Position numbers and translations under genes: made by a program. The notes beneath the pieces were generated by a model. The model saw only the letters and a program-made list of their open reading frames with translations. It was not told the DNA's origin and made no database searches. From positions 40,176,001 to 40,240,000 of the forward strand of contig OX597834.1 in assembly GCA_951406725.2 (NCBI GenBank): a stretch of DNA of 64,000 nt, read 5' to 3'. Origin of the DNA: Octopus vulgaris. Lineage: Eukaryota. Positions 1 to 13,794 of the stretch are shown here, piece by piece (positions within the stretch are counted from its first letter, which is position 1; every line of letters starts with the position of its first letter).

Positions 1-172
1 GTAAACAATTCTGTACTCGCTTGGAGAGTACGGACCGTATAGCATTTTTAGTAAACAATTCTGTACTCGCTTGGAGAGTACAGACCTTATAGCATTTTTA
101 GTAACAATTCTTTTCTCATTTGAAGAGTACAGACCTTATAGCATTTTTGGTAAACAATTTTGTACTCACTTG
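1..172. repeat. 50-bp minisatellite, about 3.4 copies, running off the window start
   Basis: Unit gtaaacaattctgtactcgcttggagagtacggaccgtatagcattttta at 1, 51, 101, 150. Confidence 0.9.
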
Positions 173-890
173 ACATAATAGACATAATTATGCCACAAGT
201 CATAGTTCATCCGAAACAGCTGTCAAGATCAGACTATTACATCATTCCTTTTATCAGTTTGTATTCCATGTAAATACACTAGCCTACTTTGTTTATCTGC
301 TTTCTTCATTTCTGTACACACACACACACACACAGACACACACACATTTATACATAGGCAAGAGATTTCTATTACAGCCTTGAGCTAGCCACTGCTTTGT
401 GAATAGAATTAATAGACAGAAACTGTATGAAGGCCACTGTGTGTGTGTGTGTGTGTGTGTGTGTGAAGAGGCAGGACATAGACAGAAAAAACAAAGATGA
501 TGATGACGATGATTATGATGACAGCAGCAACAATCATGATGAAAAAGATTATGATGATGGCTATGATGATTTTATATACCCTGAGCCGAACAGTGGGTAT
601 ATAATACAGACAGACATACAGATATACAGTGAAATGCATAGAAATATATTTTCAAAGTGAGTACGTCTACACCCAATGTCACCCACCCTCGGGGGTACTC
701 ACCCCTGAGTATAATGCTTCAATAGTTTTCTTCATCTCCACCTGTTGTTAGCTTCGATGACAACAAAGGCTTCATTGATGTGAGTTATGAAAGCAAACAT
801 TCATACTTGTCAGACCCAGCATACTTCACTCATCTTCCCCGGGTACCACACAACCGTTATCTCTCTTCCACCTCCACTCGGTGACCGAAT

Positions 891-925
<35 letters not shown>

Positions 926-1099
926 GGCTTCATTGATGTAAGATATAAGTGAAATGTTAAAGCATGTGTATGAATGTGATTAGCACAGTTCTACACAGTC
1001 GGGCATTTGTTGTAGTTGAATAATGACTTTGTTGTTGTTGCTGTTGCTGTTGTTGTTGTATGGGCTTTTTTCTTGGTGAGATGAGGGTGGAAGGAAAAG

Positions 1100-1134
<35 letters not shown>

Positions 1135-1153
1135 TACATTCACATTTAGCTCT

Positions 1154-1210
<57 letters not shown>

Positions 1211-1439
1211 CCAAGAGTAGTCATGTGGTAAGAAGCTTGCTTCCCAACCACATGGTTCCAGGTTCAGCTCCACCGCATGGAAACTTGGGCAAGTGTCATC
1301 TACTGTGGCCTAGGGCCAACCAAAGCCTTGTGAGTGGATTTGATAGACAGAAACTGAAAGAAGTCTGTTGTATATATATACAACAGACTTCTTTCAGTTT
1401 ATATATATATATATATATAAATATATATAAAAGAGTAAA

Positions 1440-1530
<91 letters not shown>

Positions 1531-1989
1531 AAAGCAGCAGAAATACAACAAAAGCTGTTACTCAGAGTTTCACGTTTCCGTTCGGTCATGAATAACCATG
1601 GGATTTGACCTAGAAAGTTCCCTTCCTAGGCACAAGTCCAGGCAAGGTTGTTTATGGAAGTCACCCATGCATACCAGCCTCTTCTTTCCACATCACCGAT
1701 GTTATCCAAGGGAAAGGCAAAAATGGCCGATACACCTTGGCACCAGGGACATCGCAACTCGTTTCTACTTCTGAGAGAACTAGAGCAGCGTGAAATAAAG
1801 TGTCTTGCTCAAGAACACAACATGCAACCTGGTATGGGAATTGAACTCACTACCTCATGATTGGGAGCCTGACCCTCTAACCACTGAGCCATGCACCTTC
1901 ACACATTTTAAGTGAGGAACACATATTTTAGCCTTTGGCACACTACATTTTCTCTAGAACTGTTTTCCCTGGCACTGCTCTGTTACTTC

Positions 1990-2520
1990 ATCCTCATCAT
2001 CATCCTCATTATCATTTAACATCCGTTGTCCATGCTGGCATGGGTTGGACTGTTTGACCAGAGCTGGCAAGCTGGGCAGAGCTGTGCCAAACTCCAGTCT
2101 GCTTTGGCACAGTTTCTATGGCTGGATGCCCTCCCTAATGCCAACCACATTACAGAGTGTGCTGGGTGCTTTTTACATGGAACTGCACTGGTGCTTTTAC
2201 ATGGTGCCATATGAGCGCTTTTACGTGGCACCACATTCGACTCTTCTACATGGCACTACACAGGCACTCCTAAGTGGCACCCCATGGACACTTTTATATG
2301 GCACCGCCAAGAGTGCTTTACATCACCAGAAGGACCGGTGTTAACATTTCTGCTGAGGAGTATAGGTCTTCTTCAGTAGAGGGGGAGAAAACTCATATGG
2401 TAACATTATGCACCTACAGAGTGCTTAAGGTTAATACAACAGGTGTGGTACAGAGGTACACAGTTGTACCACACAGTGGGTTAACTAACAGAATATGGTA
2501 ATGAATAAAGATATTATTAA
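1990..2520 (-). mobile_element. RTE 3'-UTR fragment; further copies at about 12198-12430(-), 15250-15555(-), 19990-20390(-), 32720-32973(+), 33345-33645(+), 34965-35241(-), 39345-39525(-), 54495-54612(+)
   Basis: (CAT)n-ttaac.tcc...ccatgct.gcatgggttgga...ctggatgccct.cctaa.gccaaccac, matching the 3' end of the 51577-52467 LINE. Confidence 0.8.
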
Positions 2521-2550
2521 ATCATGCAACAATATTGTGTAAGTATACTA

Positions 2551-2951
2551 TTTACTCTTTTACACTTTTACTTGTTTCAGTCATTTGACTGTGGACATGC
2601 TGGAGCACTGCCTTTAGTCGAGCAAATCGACCCCAGGACTTATTCGTCTATCGGTCTCTTTTGCTGAACTGCTAAGTTACGAGGACATAAACACACCAGC
2701 ATCTGTTGTCAAGCGATGTTGGAGGAACAAACACAGACACACAAACATATACACACACATAAATATACATATATACATACACATATGCGACGGGCTTCTT
2801 TCAGTTTCCATCTACCAAATCCACTCACAAGGCTTTGGTCGGTCCGAGGCTATAGTAGAAGCCACTTGCCTAAGGTGCCATGCAGTGGGACTGAACCCGG
2901 AACCATGTGGTTGGTAAGCAAACTACTTACCACACAGCCACTCCTGTGCCT
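2551..2951 (-). mobile_element. SINE family A, full length
   Basis: Reverse complement of the 25371-25796 type. Confidence 0.85.
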
Positions 2952-3084
2952 ATATATATGTATTTATGCAATTACATACACTTTTGATTATACAGCCTAC
3001 ACCAGTGTGTATATATACAATGTGAATATACATTAAGTATGTATAATTATAAGTGTTGTCTGTAATAGACAGACAGACAAGAAT

Positions 3085-3206
3085 GGATAGCTAGGGAGAA
3101 AGAGAGAGAGACAGAGAGAGAGACGGATAAATAGATGGACAGATAGAGAGAGAGAGAATAGAAAGAGATGGATAAATAGATAGAGAGAGAGGAGATGGAT
3201 AGATAG

Positions 3207-3262
<56 letters not shown>

Positions 3263-3436
3263 TGGATAGATAGATAGATAGATAGATAGATATAGAAAAA
3301 TAGATAGATAGATAGATATAGAGAAAAAGAGAGAGAGACAGATAGAAACAGATAAATAGATGGATAAATAGAGAGATAGATATAGAAATGGATGGATGGA
3401 TGGATAGATAGATGGATGGATGGCTGGATACATGCA

Positions 3437-3470
<34 letters not shown>

Positions 3471-3512
3471 CATACATACATACATACATACATACATACA
3501 TACATACATACA

Positions 3513-3546
<34 letters not shown>

Positions 3547-3601
3547 CATACATACATACATACATTAATACATACATATATACACATGTACATACATACA
3601 T
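3085..3601. repeat. Compound (GA)/(GATA)/(GGAT)/(TACA) microsatellite
   Basis: Direct inspection; one of many such tracts. Confidence 0.95.
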
Positions 3602-3859
3602 AAAAAGACTTAGAGATTGTAGAGAGCTGACAATATAGAATAATGAGACGGGTCAAAACAAATATTGATCTGATGAAGAATTGGAAAATACAAAAAAATC
3701 ATGTTTTCATGGAAAAAGAAAAAAAAATAATGAAAAAGAAACAAAAAAGAAAGATGAGAAATCTTTCCATAGTAACAAAAGTGCAGATATCATTTCAAAC
3801 TAATTAAATATATTTTTTTTGTAACAAGACTACAGTGTCAATAACAACAACAACAACAC

Positions 3860-3890
<31 letters not shown>

Positions 3891-3932
3891 TATAATAATA
3901 ATAATGATATTAATAATAATAATAATTATAAT

Positions 3933-3998
<66 letters not shown>

Positions 3999-4019
3999 AA
4001 TAATGATATTAATAATTTA

Positions 4020-4724
4020 TTCTTTTATTGGCCACAAATTTCAAATTTTGGCGCAAGGCCAGCAAGTTCCGGGCCAGGATTAAATTGATTACATTGACCC
4101 CAGAGTTCAACTGGTATTTATTTTATCAAATCTGAAAGGATGAACCCAGAATTTAAAAAATGGACGAAATTCCACAAACCATTTTACCTAGTGTGCTAAT
4201 GATTCGGTCAGCTCACCACCTTAGTAGTAGTGGGAGTAGTAGTAGTAGTAGTAGAAGTAGTAGTAGTACTAGTAATGATAATTATTATTATTTCTACTCT
4301 AGGCACAAGGCCTTGAAAATTTTTGGGGGAAGGGGGCCAGTCGATTACATCAATTCTAGTGTGTAACTGGTACTTATTTCATTGACCCTGAAAGGATGAA
4401 AGGCAAAATCGACCTCAGCAGAATTTGAACTCAGAACATAATGGCAGACGAAATACCACTAAGCATTTCGCCCGGCATGCTAACAATTCTTATTTCTTTA
4501 TTGCCCACAAGGGGCTAAACATAGAGGGGACAAACAAGAACAGAGAAAGGGATTAAGTCAATTACATCAACCCCAGTGCATAACTGGTACTTAATTTATT
4601 GACCCTGAAAGGATGAAAGGCAAAGTCGACTGTGGCAGAATTTGAACTCAGAACATAAAGACAGACGAAATACCACTAAGCATCTCGCCTGGTGTGCTAA
4701 CGTTTCTGCCAGCTCAACGCCTTA

Positions 4725-4758
<34 letters not shown>

Positions 4759-5202
4759 GTTTCAAATTTTGGCACAAAGCCAGTATATGTGGGGGAGGGT
4801 TAAAGTTGATTATATCAACCCCCAGTGCTCAACTGGTACTTAATTTATTGACCCTGAAAGGATAAAAAGACAAAGTTGACCTCAGCAGAATTTGAACTCA
4901 GAACATAGCGCTGGGTAGATTACCGTTAAGCATTTCACCTGGATTGCTAACAATTCTGCCAGCTCACCACCTCGATAATAATAATAATAATCCTACTATA
5001 GGAACAAGGCTTGAAATTTTGGGGGAGGGGACCAATCGATTACGTCGAGCCCAGTACTCAGCTGGTACTTAATTTATCAACCCTGAAAGGATGACAGGCA
5101 AAGTCGACCTCGGTGGAATTTGAACTCAGAATGTAGCAGCAGACGAAATACTGCTAAGTAATTTTGTCCACAATGCTAACGATTCTGCCAGCTCACTGCC
5201 TT
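4020..5202 (-). mobile_element. Cluster of five co-oriented SINE-B copies among (AAT)n tracts
   Basis: Repeated ..gaccctgaaaggatgaaaggcaaagtcgacc..gaatttgaactcag units. Confidence 0.85.
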
Positions 5203-5238
5203 GATAAAAATAATAATAATAATGATGATAATAATAAT

Positions 5239-5269
<31 letters not shown>

Positions 5270-5369
5270 TAATAATAATAATAATAATAATTAATAATAA
5301 TAATAATAATAATAGTAATAATAATGATGATGATGATGATGATAGTAATAGGTTGTGTTAGTGTTTCAT

Positions 5370-5951
5370 ACTCTTTTACTTGTTTCAGTCATTTGACTGT
5401 GGCCATGCTGGAGCACCGCCTTTAGTCAAGCAAATCAACCCCTAGTACTTCTATCAGTCTCTTTTGCCAAACCATTAAGTTATGGGGACATATACACACC
5501 AGCATCGGTTGTCAAGCTATGTTGGGGGGACAAACAAATACACACACATGCACATATATATATATATATTAAAATTATAAATTACGGTATCTACGAGATA
5601 CCACCATGCTGAAAATAGCAGCCATGATCCGACTCTAAAACCACCTAAAGTTTTCCTATAGCAACATGGAGAGAAGACAAATAGAATGTAAGTATTCGTA
5701 TGTTGTATTTATATATATATGTGTAGGTTCGTTATTTTATTTTAAATTAATGATCTTATCCTTATTTATATAAATTGATATATATACACCAGGCTTCTTT
5801 CAGTTTCCATCTACCAAATCCACTCACAAGGCTTTGGTCAGCCCGAGGCTATAGCAGAAGACACTTGCCCAAGGTGCCATGCAGTGGGACTGAACCCGGA
5901 ACCATGTGGTTCGTAAGCAAGCTACTAACCACACAGCCACTCCTACGCCTA
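5370..5951 (-). mobile_element. SINE family A split by an about 210-bp insertion in its internal (TA)n
   Basis: 3' half at 5370-5545, 5' half at 5785-5951. Confidence 0.8.
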
Positions 5952-5981
5952 TGTTGATAGTTAATAGTAAATAGTGAAATG

Positions 5982-6016
<35 letters not shown>

Positions 6017-6302
6017 GGAGAAGGACAATATTTATGGCACAGACTGCAGTACGTAGAGAAAGTACAATAGACAGACACACCATTTCTCGCTAAAGGTCAC
6101 TGCTGTATCTCATTAAAGTTACTCAGAAAATTGATATTTCCACTGTTTTCTATATACCAATTGTCTGTGAATATAATTTTATAATTAAGGTCCAGCTTGT
6201 CACTCGACTAATTAATGCCAATTCAACTAATTCTAATGTCAATAATATGCTAATTATGCCATATTTTAAACGAACTCGGTTGCAATCAGAAGGATGATGA
6301 AT

Positions 6303-6413
<111 letters not shown>

Positions 6414-6459
6414 GTGTGTGTGTGTGTGTTGTGTCTTTTTTTTTCGTTTTGTTTTATGA

Positions 6460-6846
6460 AGGTATGGCTGTGTGGTCAAGAAAATTTCTTGCTTCCCAAC
6501 TACACGTTTCCAGGTTCAATTCCACTGCACGGCACCTTGGGCAAGTATTTTCTGTTATGGCTCTCAGCTGACCAAAGCCTTGGGAATGGATTTGATAGAG
6601 GGAAACTAAAAGAATTCCGTCGTATATGTCTAGATATCATGTGATGTTTGTAAATGAGTATTGTCGTCATAGAAACGAGATTGTTAGTTTCTAGTCTTCA
6701 GTGAAAAACCTGTCAGGCCATGGAGAAATATTGCCCTGCTTGGAAACAGGTGAGGGTTGGCAACAGGAGGGGCATCCAGCCGTAGATAATCTGTCTCAGC
6801 AAATTCTGTGTGGCCCACTCAGGCATGGAAGAGAGGACATTAAAAT
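6460..6846 (+). mobile_element. SINE with family-A head but RTE-type 3' tail; similar bodies at about 7075-7290, 16130-16400, 47270-47660 and 54740-54990(-)
   Basis: Family-A head to ..aaagaattccgtcgtatat, then a different body ending ggttggcaacagga.gggcatccagccgtag...gcatggaa..ggacattaaa. Confidence 0.65.
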
Positions 6847-7404
6847 GGTGTGTGTTTGTGTGCATATGTGAAAGAATGTGAGTGGGAGTGTGGGGGGGAG
6901 GAGTGGGGGAGTGCTTGTGTGTGCTTGTGTGTGTGTGAGTGTACTTGTGTGTGTGTGTGTGAGTGTGCTTTTGTGAGTGTGTGTGTGAGTGTACTTGTGT
7001 GTGTGTCAGTGTGCTTGTGTGTGTGTGCTTGTGTGTGTGTGTGTGAGTGTACTTGTGTGTGTGTGTGAGTGTGCTTGTGTGTGTGTTTCCACATCTTGAC
7101 ATCGTGCAGTAGTTGTAAAGGAGTGTCACCCTCACAGGACTGGTGTCGTTCATTTCTGATTTTCTATATGAGGGTTGGCAACAGGAAGAGCATCCAGACA
7201 CAGAAACTCTGCCTCGATAAACTCCATCCGACCCATGCAGTCATGGAAAAGTGGACATTAAAACAACAACGGTTGTGGCGGTGAAGGTGATGACGATGAC
7301 AATGACAACGGTGATGACAGCAATAATGCTGATGATGACAACTTTACTATCAGCACTACCACATGACTGAAAATTTCCAGGTCCAGTCCCATCATGTTTG
7401 GCAG

Positions 7405-8317
7405 ACAGGCTCCAGTCTGATCTGGCAGTGTTTCTACAACTGGATGCCCTTCCTAACGCCGACCACTCCGAGAGTGTACTTTTTACTTAATTTATTGACC
7501 CCGAAAGGATGAAAGGCAAAGTCGACCTCGGCAGAATTTGAACTCAGGACATAAAGACAGACAAAATGCCTATTTCTTTACTACCCACAAGGGGCTAAAC
7601 ACAGAGGGGACAAACAAGGACAGACAAACGGATTGAGTCGATTATGTCGACCCCAGTGCGTAACTGGTACTTATTTGATCGACCCCGAAAGGATGAAGGT
7701 GCCAGGGGAGGCTGGCAATGGCGATGATCGGTTGGTGCTTTTTACGTGCCACCGGCACGGAAGCCAGTCAAGGCGGCGCTGGCATCGGCCACGTAGGGGT
7801 GGTGCTTTTTACCTGCCACCAGCACAGGTATCACAACTACAATTTCCATTTGATTTTTTGATGTTGATGTACTTGACTCAATAGTTCTCCTCAAGCACAG
7901 CAGGTTGCCTTATGATCCAAGGTAAGCACAGCAGGCCATCCTGCGATCCAAGGCACTTTGGATGGGCTGGGGCTGCTATGTGAAGCTGGTGCAGGAAACA
8001 GCCATGAACTCACGTTATTTGCTGGGTCTTCGCAGTCACAGAATATCTCCAGAGGTCTTGGTCTTTTGTCATTGCCTCTGTGAGGCCCAACGTTCGAAGG
8101 TCATGCTTGACCACCTCATCCCATGTCTTCTTGGGTCTACCTCTACCCCGGATTCCTTCAGCTGTATGGGAGCGGCACTTTTTCACACATCTCTCTTCAT
8201 CCATCCATAGTACCTGACCATACCAGCGCAGATGTCTCTCTTGCACGCCACATCCGATGCTTCTTATGTCCAGCATTTCTCTCACTGACATTACACATCC
8301 AGCAGATCATGCTAGCA
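7405..8317 (-). mobile_element. RTE LINE 3' fragment interrupted by a SINE-B dimer fragment (about 7484-7698)
   Basis: ORF remnant 8010-8291 LRWYGQVLWMDEERCVKKC..GRGRPKKTWDEVVKHDL, highly similar to the 51.6-52.1 kb copy; 3' UTR continues on both sides of the SINE. Confidence 0.88.
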
Positions 8318-8318
8318 T

Positions 8319-8373
<55 letters not shown>

Positions 8374-9295
8374 AATGTAAAAAAATACAAACTGGGACAA
8401 GAACGCGAAACATTTAGAAGACGATACAAAAACACGGACGGGACATTCGAAGCCTTCAATCTTCAGTCAAGAACCGGATCATCCTCGCAATTTCTGCTAA
8501 TGTATATATACACACACACACACACACGATGACCGTCTTTCTGATTCTGTCTACCAATTCCTCAAAGAGAGATAACTCTTCTTAGCGGAGTCTACTTGAC
8601 TGACAAAACGATGATGAATTTTGTTTTCTGAAAAAGCAACATTTTGGACATACGACACTTTTGCATAATAGTAGAATGATTTTTTGAGAAACAAGCATGG
8701 AAAAATTGGACATTAAATGACGGCGGCGGCGGTGGTGGTGGTGGTGACGGTGGTGGTGACGGTGGTGAGGGTAGTGGTGGTTATAATGGTGGTGGTTATG
8801 ATGGTGGTGATGGTGGTTATGATGGTGGTTATGATGGTGGTTATGATGGTGGTTATGATGGTGGTGGTGGTGGCGACCCAGAGTTTAAACAACAGCAACA
8901 ATTGCCAAGTGAATGAGGATAATGTAGTTCTAGATAAACTGTGTCTAAATAAAGGACGGGATGGTCATGGTTGGGATACAGCACCTGCGGCGTCTCTCAC
9001 AACAGCCTCGGATTCACTAAAACCTTGTCAATGGAATCTAACAAACGGAAACTGCAAATGACTTGTCTTCGGTGCTTGTGCGCGTGTGTAAGGGAGAGAG
9101 AGAGGATGTGGAAGTGAAAGTTGTGGGTGTGGGTGGGTGCGTGCGTGCGCGTGCGGGAGGGATTTAAATTGACTGTAATAAAGTTTAACTAAAGTGAAGT
9201 TGCAGTCGGCAACGGAATGCTTTGACGAATATGATGTAAGGGAGGTAACTGTGTTTGGCCTGTTTGCTGAGATGATCAGAAATGTCATTTTTTTT

Positions 9296-9334
<39 letters not shown>

Positions 9335-9998
9335 TACATACATAGACGCACTGTTTTACACACACGCACACATACAAAACATTTTACACACACATATACA
9401 TCACACACACACACACACACACACACATACATGCAAGTACAATACATAATTATATATACGTACACATACAACTCACACACGCACACACACGCACGTATAC
9501 ATAAACGCATACACATGTATATATATACACACAAAGAGCATTCCGTCGGTTGCGACGACGAGGGTCCCAGCTGATCCTATCAACGGAACAGCTTGCTCGT
9601 GAAATCAACCTGAAAGTAGCTGAGTACTCCACAGACACGTGTACCCTTAACGTAGTTCTCAGGGAGATTAAGCGTGATACAGAATGTGACAAAGTCGGCC
9701 CATTTAATTACAGGTACACACTGCTCTAGTTCACTCAGCAGTAGAAACGAGTTGCGACGTCACAGGTGCCAAGCTGTATCGGCCCCTTTGCCTTTCCCTT
9801 GGATAACATCGGTGATGTGGGAAGAAGAGGCTGGTATGCATGGGCGACTGTTGGTCTTCCATAAACAACCTTGCCTGGACTTGTAGCTAGGAAGGGAACT
9901 TTCTAGGTCAAATCCCATGGTTGTTCATTTACCCTTACTTTTAAATATATTTTTTTGTTTTTTAATTTTGTTCTAAGAGAAGAACCTTTTAACAACTA

Positions 9999-10564
9999 TT
10001 GGGTTGTCCAGAAAGTTTGTGCCGATTTATAGTAGCTTACCTTTCGACTTAATTTAGAACATGGCTGAGTCCTTAAAATAGGATTTGACTACACCTCCAT
10101 TTAGAGCACAGCTTAAGCTATATTTTCGTGGAAGAAGGTTTATGTTCCTGTAACCTGTGTTAATTCTGTAACCCTTTAAAATGGAAGATAAGAAAGTTCA
10201 TTTTCGGCACTTGATGCTTTGGGAACTAGACATAAATTGCTGCAGCTCGGCTGGGATGTGTTACCCCAGCCTCCATATTCACCAGATGTTGCTCCTTCGG
10301 ATTTCCACTTATTCAGGTCTCTGCAGAATAGTCTTAATGATAAAAATTTCAATTCCTTGGATGACGTAAAAAGATACCTTGATGAATTCTTTGCTATGAA
10401 ACCACCTCAATTCTAGGAAGAGGGTATTTTCAAGTTAAAGGAAAGATGGAGACACATTGTGCAACAAAATGATTCATATTTGGTTGATTAAAAATGTAAT
10501 GGCAAGTATTTATTGACCTTTTTCTTTCCTTTAAAAATCGGCACGAACTTTCCGGACAACCCAA
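9999..10564 (+). mobile_element. Internally deleted mariner (Tc1/mariner) transposon
   Basis: About 30-bp TIRs TTGGGTTGTCCAGAAAGTTTGTGCCGATTT / AAATCGGCACGAACTTTCCGGACAACCCAA with TA on both sides; transposase N-terminus MEDKKVHFRHLMLWE fused out of frame to C-terminus LGWDVLPQPPYSPDVAPSDFHLFRSLQ; internal stop. Confidence 0.95.
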
Positions 10565-11140
10565 TAGTTTTATAGAAACTGCTTTCAAAATCCCTATTTT
10601 GTTTTTCACACATTAACTAATGTAAACTGAACTATGGAAAATGTGAGAGACAGAATCCAAGCTGTTTCTTGCAATATATACCAGTACATACATCTGAAGC
10701 AAAATTTTTTCATGAACCCCCTAAAATATTACTATGGTTCTCCCATTTACTATTCTGCTTGCATGGACCCCCAAAAATCTTTTATGAATTCTCAGGAATC
10801 ATAAGAACCCTGGTTGAAAACTACTGTATAAGATGTACTGATGCTAAAGATTGTACCTTTTCATTCAGCCATATGCCTTAGGTTGCACCTAGGGCTATAT
10901 AAATAATTAGGGGTCAAGTTCAGCTGAAATGGGGATGATTAGGGGTCACACAACAAATACGCACGAGACAGTTTACCCTTTCTTTGTGCATGGCTGGTGG
11001 CAAGATAATTGGCAGAAAATTGATTGAAATTAGTAAATTGCTAATAATTACTAAATTGCAAATAATTAACTGAATTACTAACGAGTAGGCAGGACTTGAA
11101 CTTCTGACATAACAGATAAAAACTTCAGAACGAAACTTAC

Positions 11141-11162
11141 CGAAAACTGGAAATGTCTCCAT
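11141..11162 (-). CDS. Candidate alternative first coding exon (METFPVF + phase-1 donor) of the minus-strand gene
   Basis: ATG GAG ACA TTT CCA GTT TTC G|gtaagt, consensus donor, in about 500 nt of non-repeat sequence; no homology support. Confidence 0.3.
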
Positions 11163-11751
11163 TTCTGTTTACAATGAGGGAAAAGACAACAGAAGATGGC
11201 AAAAGATGCTGAAGTGAAGAAATAGCTTGGAGCAAGAAGGAAGAAATAACTGAAGAGATGAAGAAAGTTTTTGGATAAGAATTTCGAAGGATCAAAGAAG
11301 AATGACTGAAGAAATCAAAGAGAAAAGAAAGGAAGAAGGAATCAAAGCAAAGTTGCCACATTGCCAACAGCAACAATGATTGGTTTCAGAGGTCTAAGTT
11401 CAAAGAGATCAGAGAAGAAAAACTAAAATTTTAGTGAAAATCTACACAGTAAGGATTGCTGTTGTTGTTGTTGTTAATGGTATTTTATTAGCATTATTAT
11501 TAGTAGTACTACATCATCATCATCATCATCATCAGTATCATCATCCTTGTTGGTGTTCGTGCTGTTTCTTTAGGTTTTGGGGGTCTTTCCTTTTTAACTG
11601 CCATCATTATCTCCCATCCCTGTTTTCGCAAACTCAATTCTATATTTACCTCCTTCATTTTTATCATTTTTCCCCTTGTAATATCTCCTCGTTGTTGCCC
11701 TTGTGGCAAATAAAGAAATCATCATTTTAATTATCATCATCATCATCATCA

Positions 11752-11799
<48 letters not shown>

Positions 11800-11803
<4 letters not shown>

Positions 11804-12162
11804 TTCTGCCTTAGCGAAGGCTGAGGTATTGTTTTCAGTCATATTGGTTTGTTTGACCGTGGACAAGATATCTCAAGAACTGCTGGATGAATTTGGATGA
11901 AACTTCTAGGGATATTTGGCCTCATGACTGGCATGAACTGATTAAATTTTGGGACCAATCCGGTACCAGACAAGGATTCTGGATTATTTTTTCTTGTTTT
12001 TCTTACTTAATTTTTGAGAGCAGTTGGATTCATTTTTAGTATTCTCATTTATGAAAAGAGTCGAGTTTATTTCAGATCTTCTCATTTTAAAAATCATCAC
12101 CAGCTAACCATTGAGAGGACATTGGTGTTGCCTTGGCGGAAGTTTGCGCTCTCTTACTGCTG

Positions 12163-12165
<3 letters not shown>
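11800..12165 (+). mobile_element. Helentron-associated (HINE/DINE-1-like) non-autonomous element
   Basis: 5' hairpin tacttctgcctt-agcg-aaggctgaggta, subterminal inverted GGCGGAAGT near the 3' end followed by ttgcgctctc, core ..gaatttggatgaaactt.., inserted in (TTA)n. Confidence 0.55.
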
Positions 12166-12202
<37 letters not shown>

Positions 12203-13513
12203 TCGTTTAACACGTTTTCTGTGCTAGCATGGGTTGAGTGGTTCGACCGGGGTCTGGGAAGCCAGGAGGCAGCACCAGGCTCCAGTTTGATCTGGCAGAG
12301 TTTCTACAGCTGGATGCCCTTCCTAACGCCAACCACTCCATGAGTGTAGTGGGTGCTTTTTATGTGCCACTGGCACAGGTGCCAGAGGAGGCTGGCAGCA
12401 GCCATGATCGGTTGGTGCTTTTTACATGCCATATTATTATTGAGTGAGGGAGCAGTGCATGCCATCGAAGTGACACTGGGTTAAAATATACGAAGCCCAG
12501 TATACCCATCATGACTATCCGTCTGATAAGGGTAGACCAAGCACATGCATCACAACCATACGTGCGCGACATGGTGATCTCATATCAAAGTAAACAGCAC
12601 ATAACCTTGCAGGTGGGGCCCAGTTAGAACTTTCTTCTGGTCGAGTAACCCATCCTGCTCAGCTCAAGTTGTTACAACCCAGTTCAATGCTGAATCTCTC
12701 TCCATCAGCAACAGTTCAGTTCTGATCATCTTCCCCATGGTAAGCCCCACCACCTTTTCTTGACTGTATGTGATTACCACCACCAATGCCACTACCACTG
12801 TCACCATGGTAACAAGACCATTTCAATCACCACTGTAATGACACTCCTGCCACACACCACTGCAATAACCACTGTGAAAATTACAACACTACCACCACCA
12901 CCACAACTACTGTTACAGTAACTACAACACCATCACAACCATTTGTACTACCACCACTGAAAATACCACTGTCACCATAGTAACAAGACCACAACAATCA
13001 CCACTGTAACCACACTCCTCCTACATACCACCACTACAACCATTGCGAAAATTACTATAGTACCACCACCGCCACTACAACTGTTGCCATATCTACAACA
13101 CGATCTCTACCATTAGCACCACCACCACCACCACAAACAGCATCACCAACATAATCGATAACAGCAGGAACTATACCACTCGCGCTGCCATCCTCTCACC
13201 CCCCCCCCCACTGCCCTCGTAACCTTTGCAACTGCTTCGCAAATCCTTGATATCATTTTACGTATTGAATTAGAATTTAAAATGTATTTCAAGGAGTGTT
13301 TCTTCATGGAAACACACACACACACACACACACAGTGAGATATGCATCATCATCATCATTTAACATCTGCTTTCCATGCTGGCATGGGTTGGATGAAGCT
13401 GGTAAGTCTGGGAATTGCACTAGTGATGCTATATTTAGACGTCAGTGTACATGAGCAAATATACACAAACACATATCCATGAAATTAAATATATACATAC
13501 ATACATACATACA

Positions 13514-13548
<35 letters not shown>

Positions 13549-13750
13549 GTTTGTGTGTCCATATTGGTTCCCCCACCCCATCATCGCTTGACAACAGATG
13601 CTGGTGTGTTTATGTTCCTGTAACTTAAGATCCCAGGACTTATTCTTTGTTAACCTAGTACTTATTCTATCAGTCTCTTTAGCCAAAACACTAAGTTACA
13701 GGGACTATGTGGCTGTTTGGTAAGTAGCTTGGGAGTACAAACACAGACAC

Positions 13751-13794
<44 letters not shown>

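Noticed and set aside
1-172. CRISPR-like repeat
   Set aside because: Head-to-tail tandem units with no unique spacers, no cas genes, eukaryotic context
427-660. Asp-rich ORF
   Set aside because: Derived from (TG)n and degenerate (GAT)n; no supporting acceptor or domain
8435-8470. Minus-strand CTGAAGA..GAAGGCTTC GAATGTC as a hammerhead
   Set aside because: No GAAA and no viable stem II loop or stem I
12760-13140. Mucin-like Thr-rich coding sequence (also 8713-8901, 16842-17045, 50306-50563)
   Set aside because: Degenerate (ACC/ACT)n with a local duplication; no splice support
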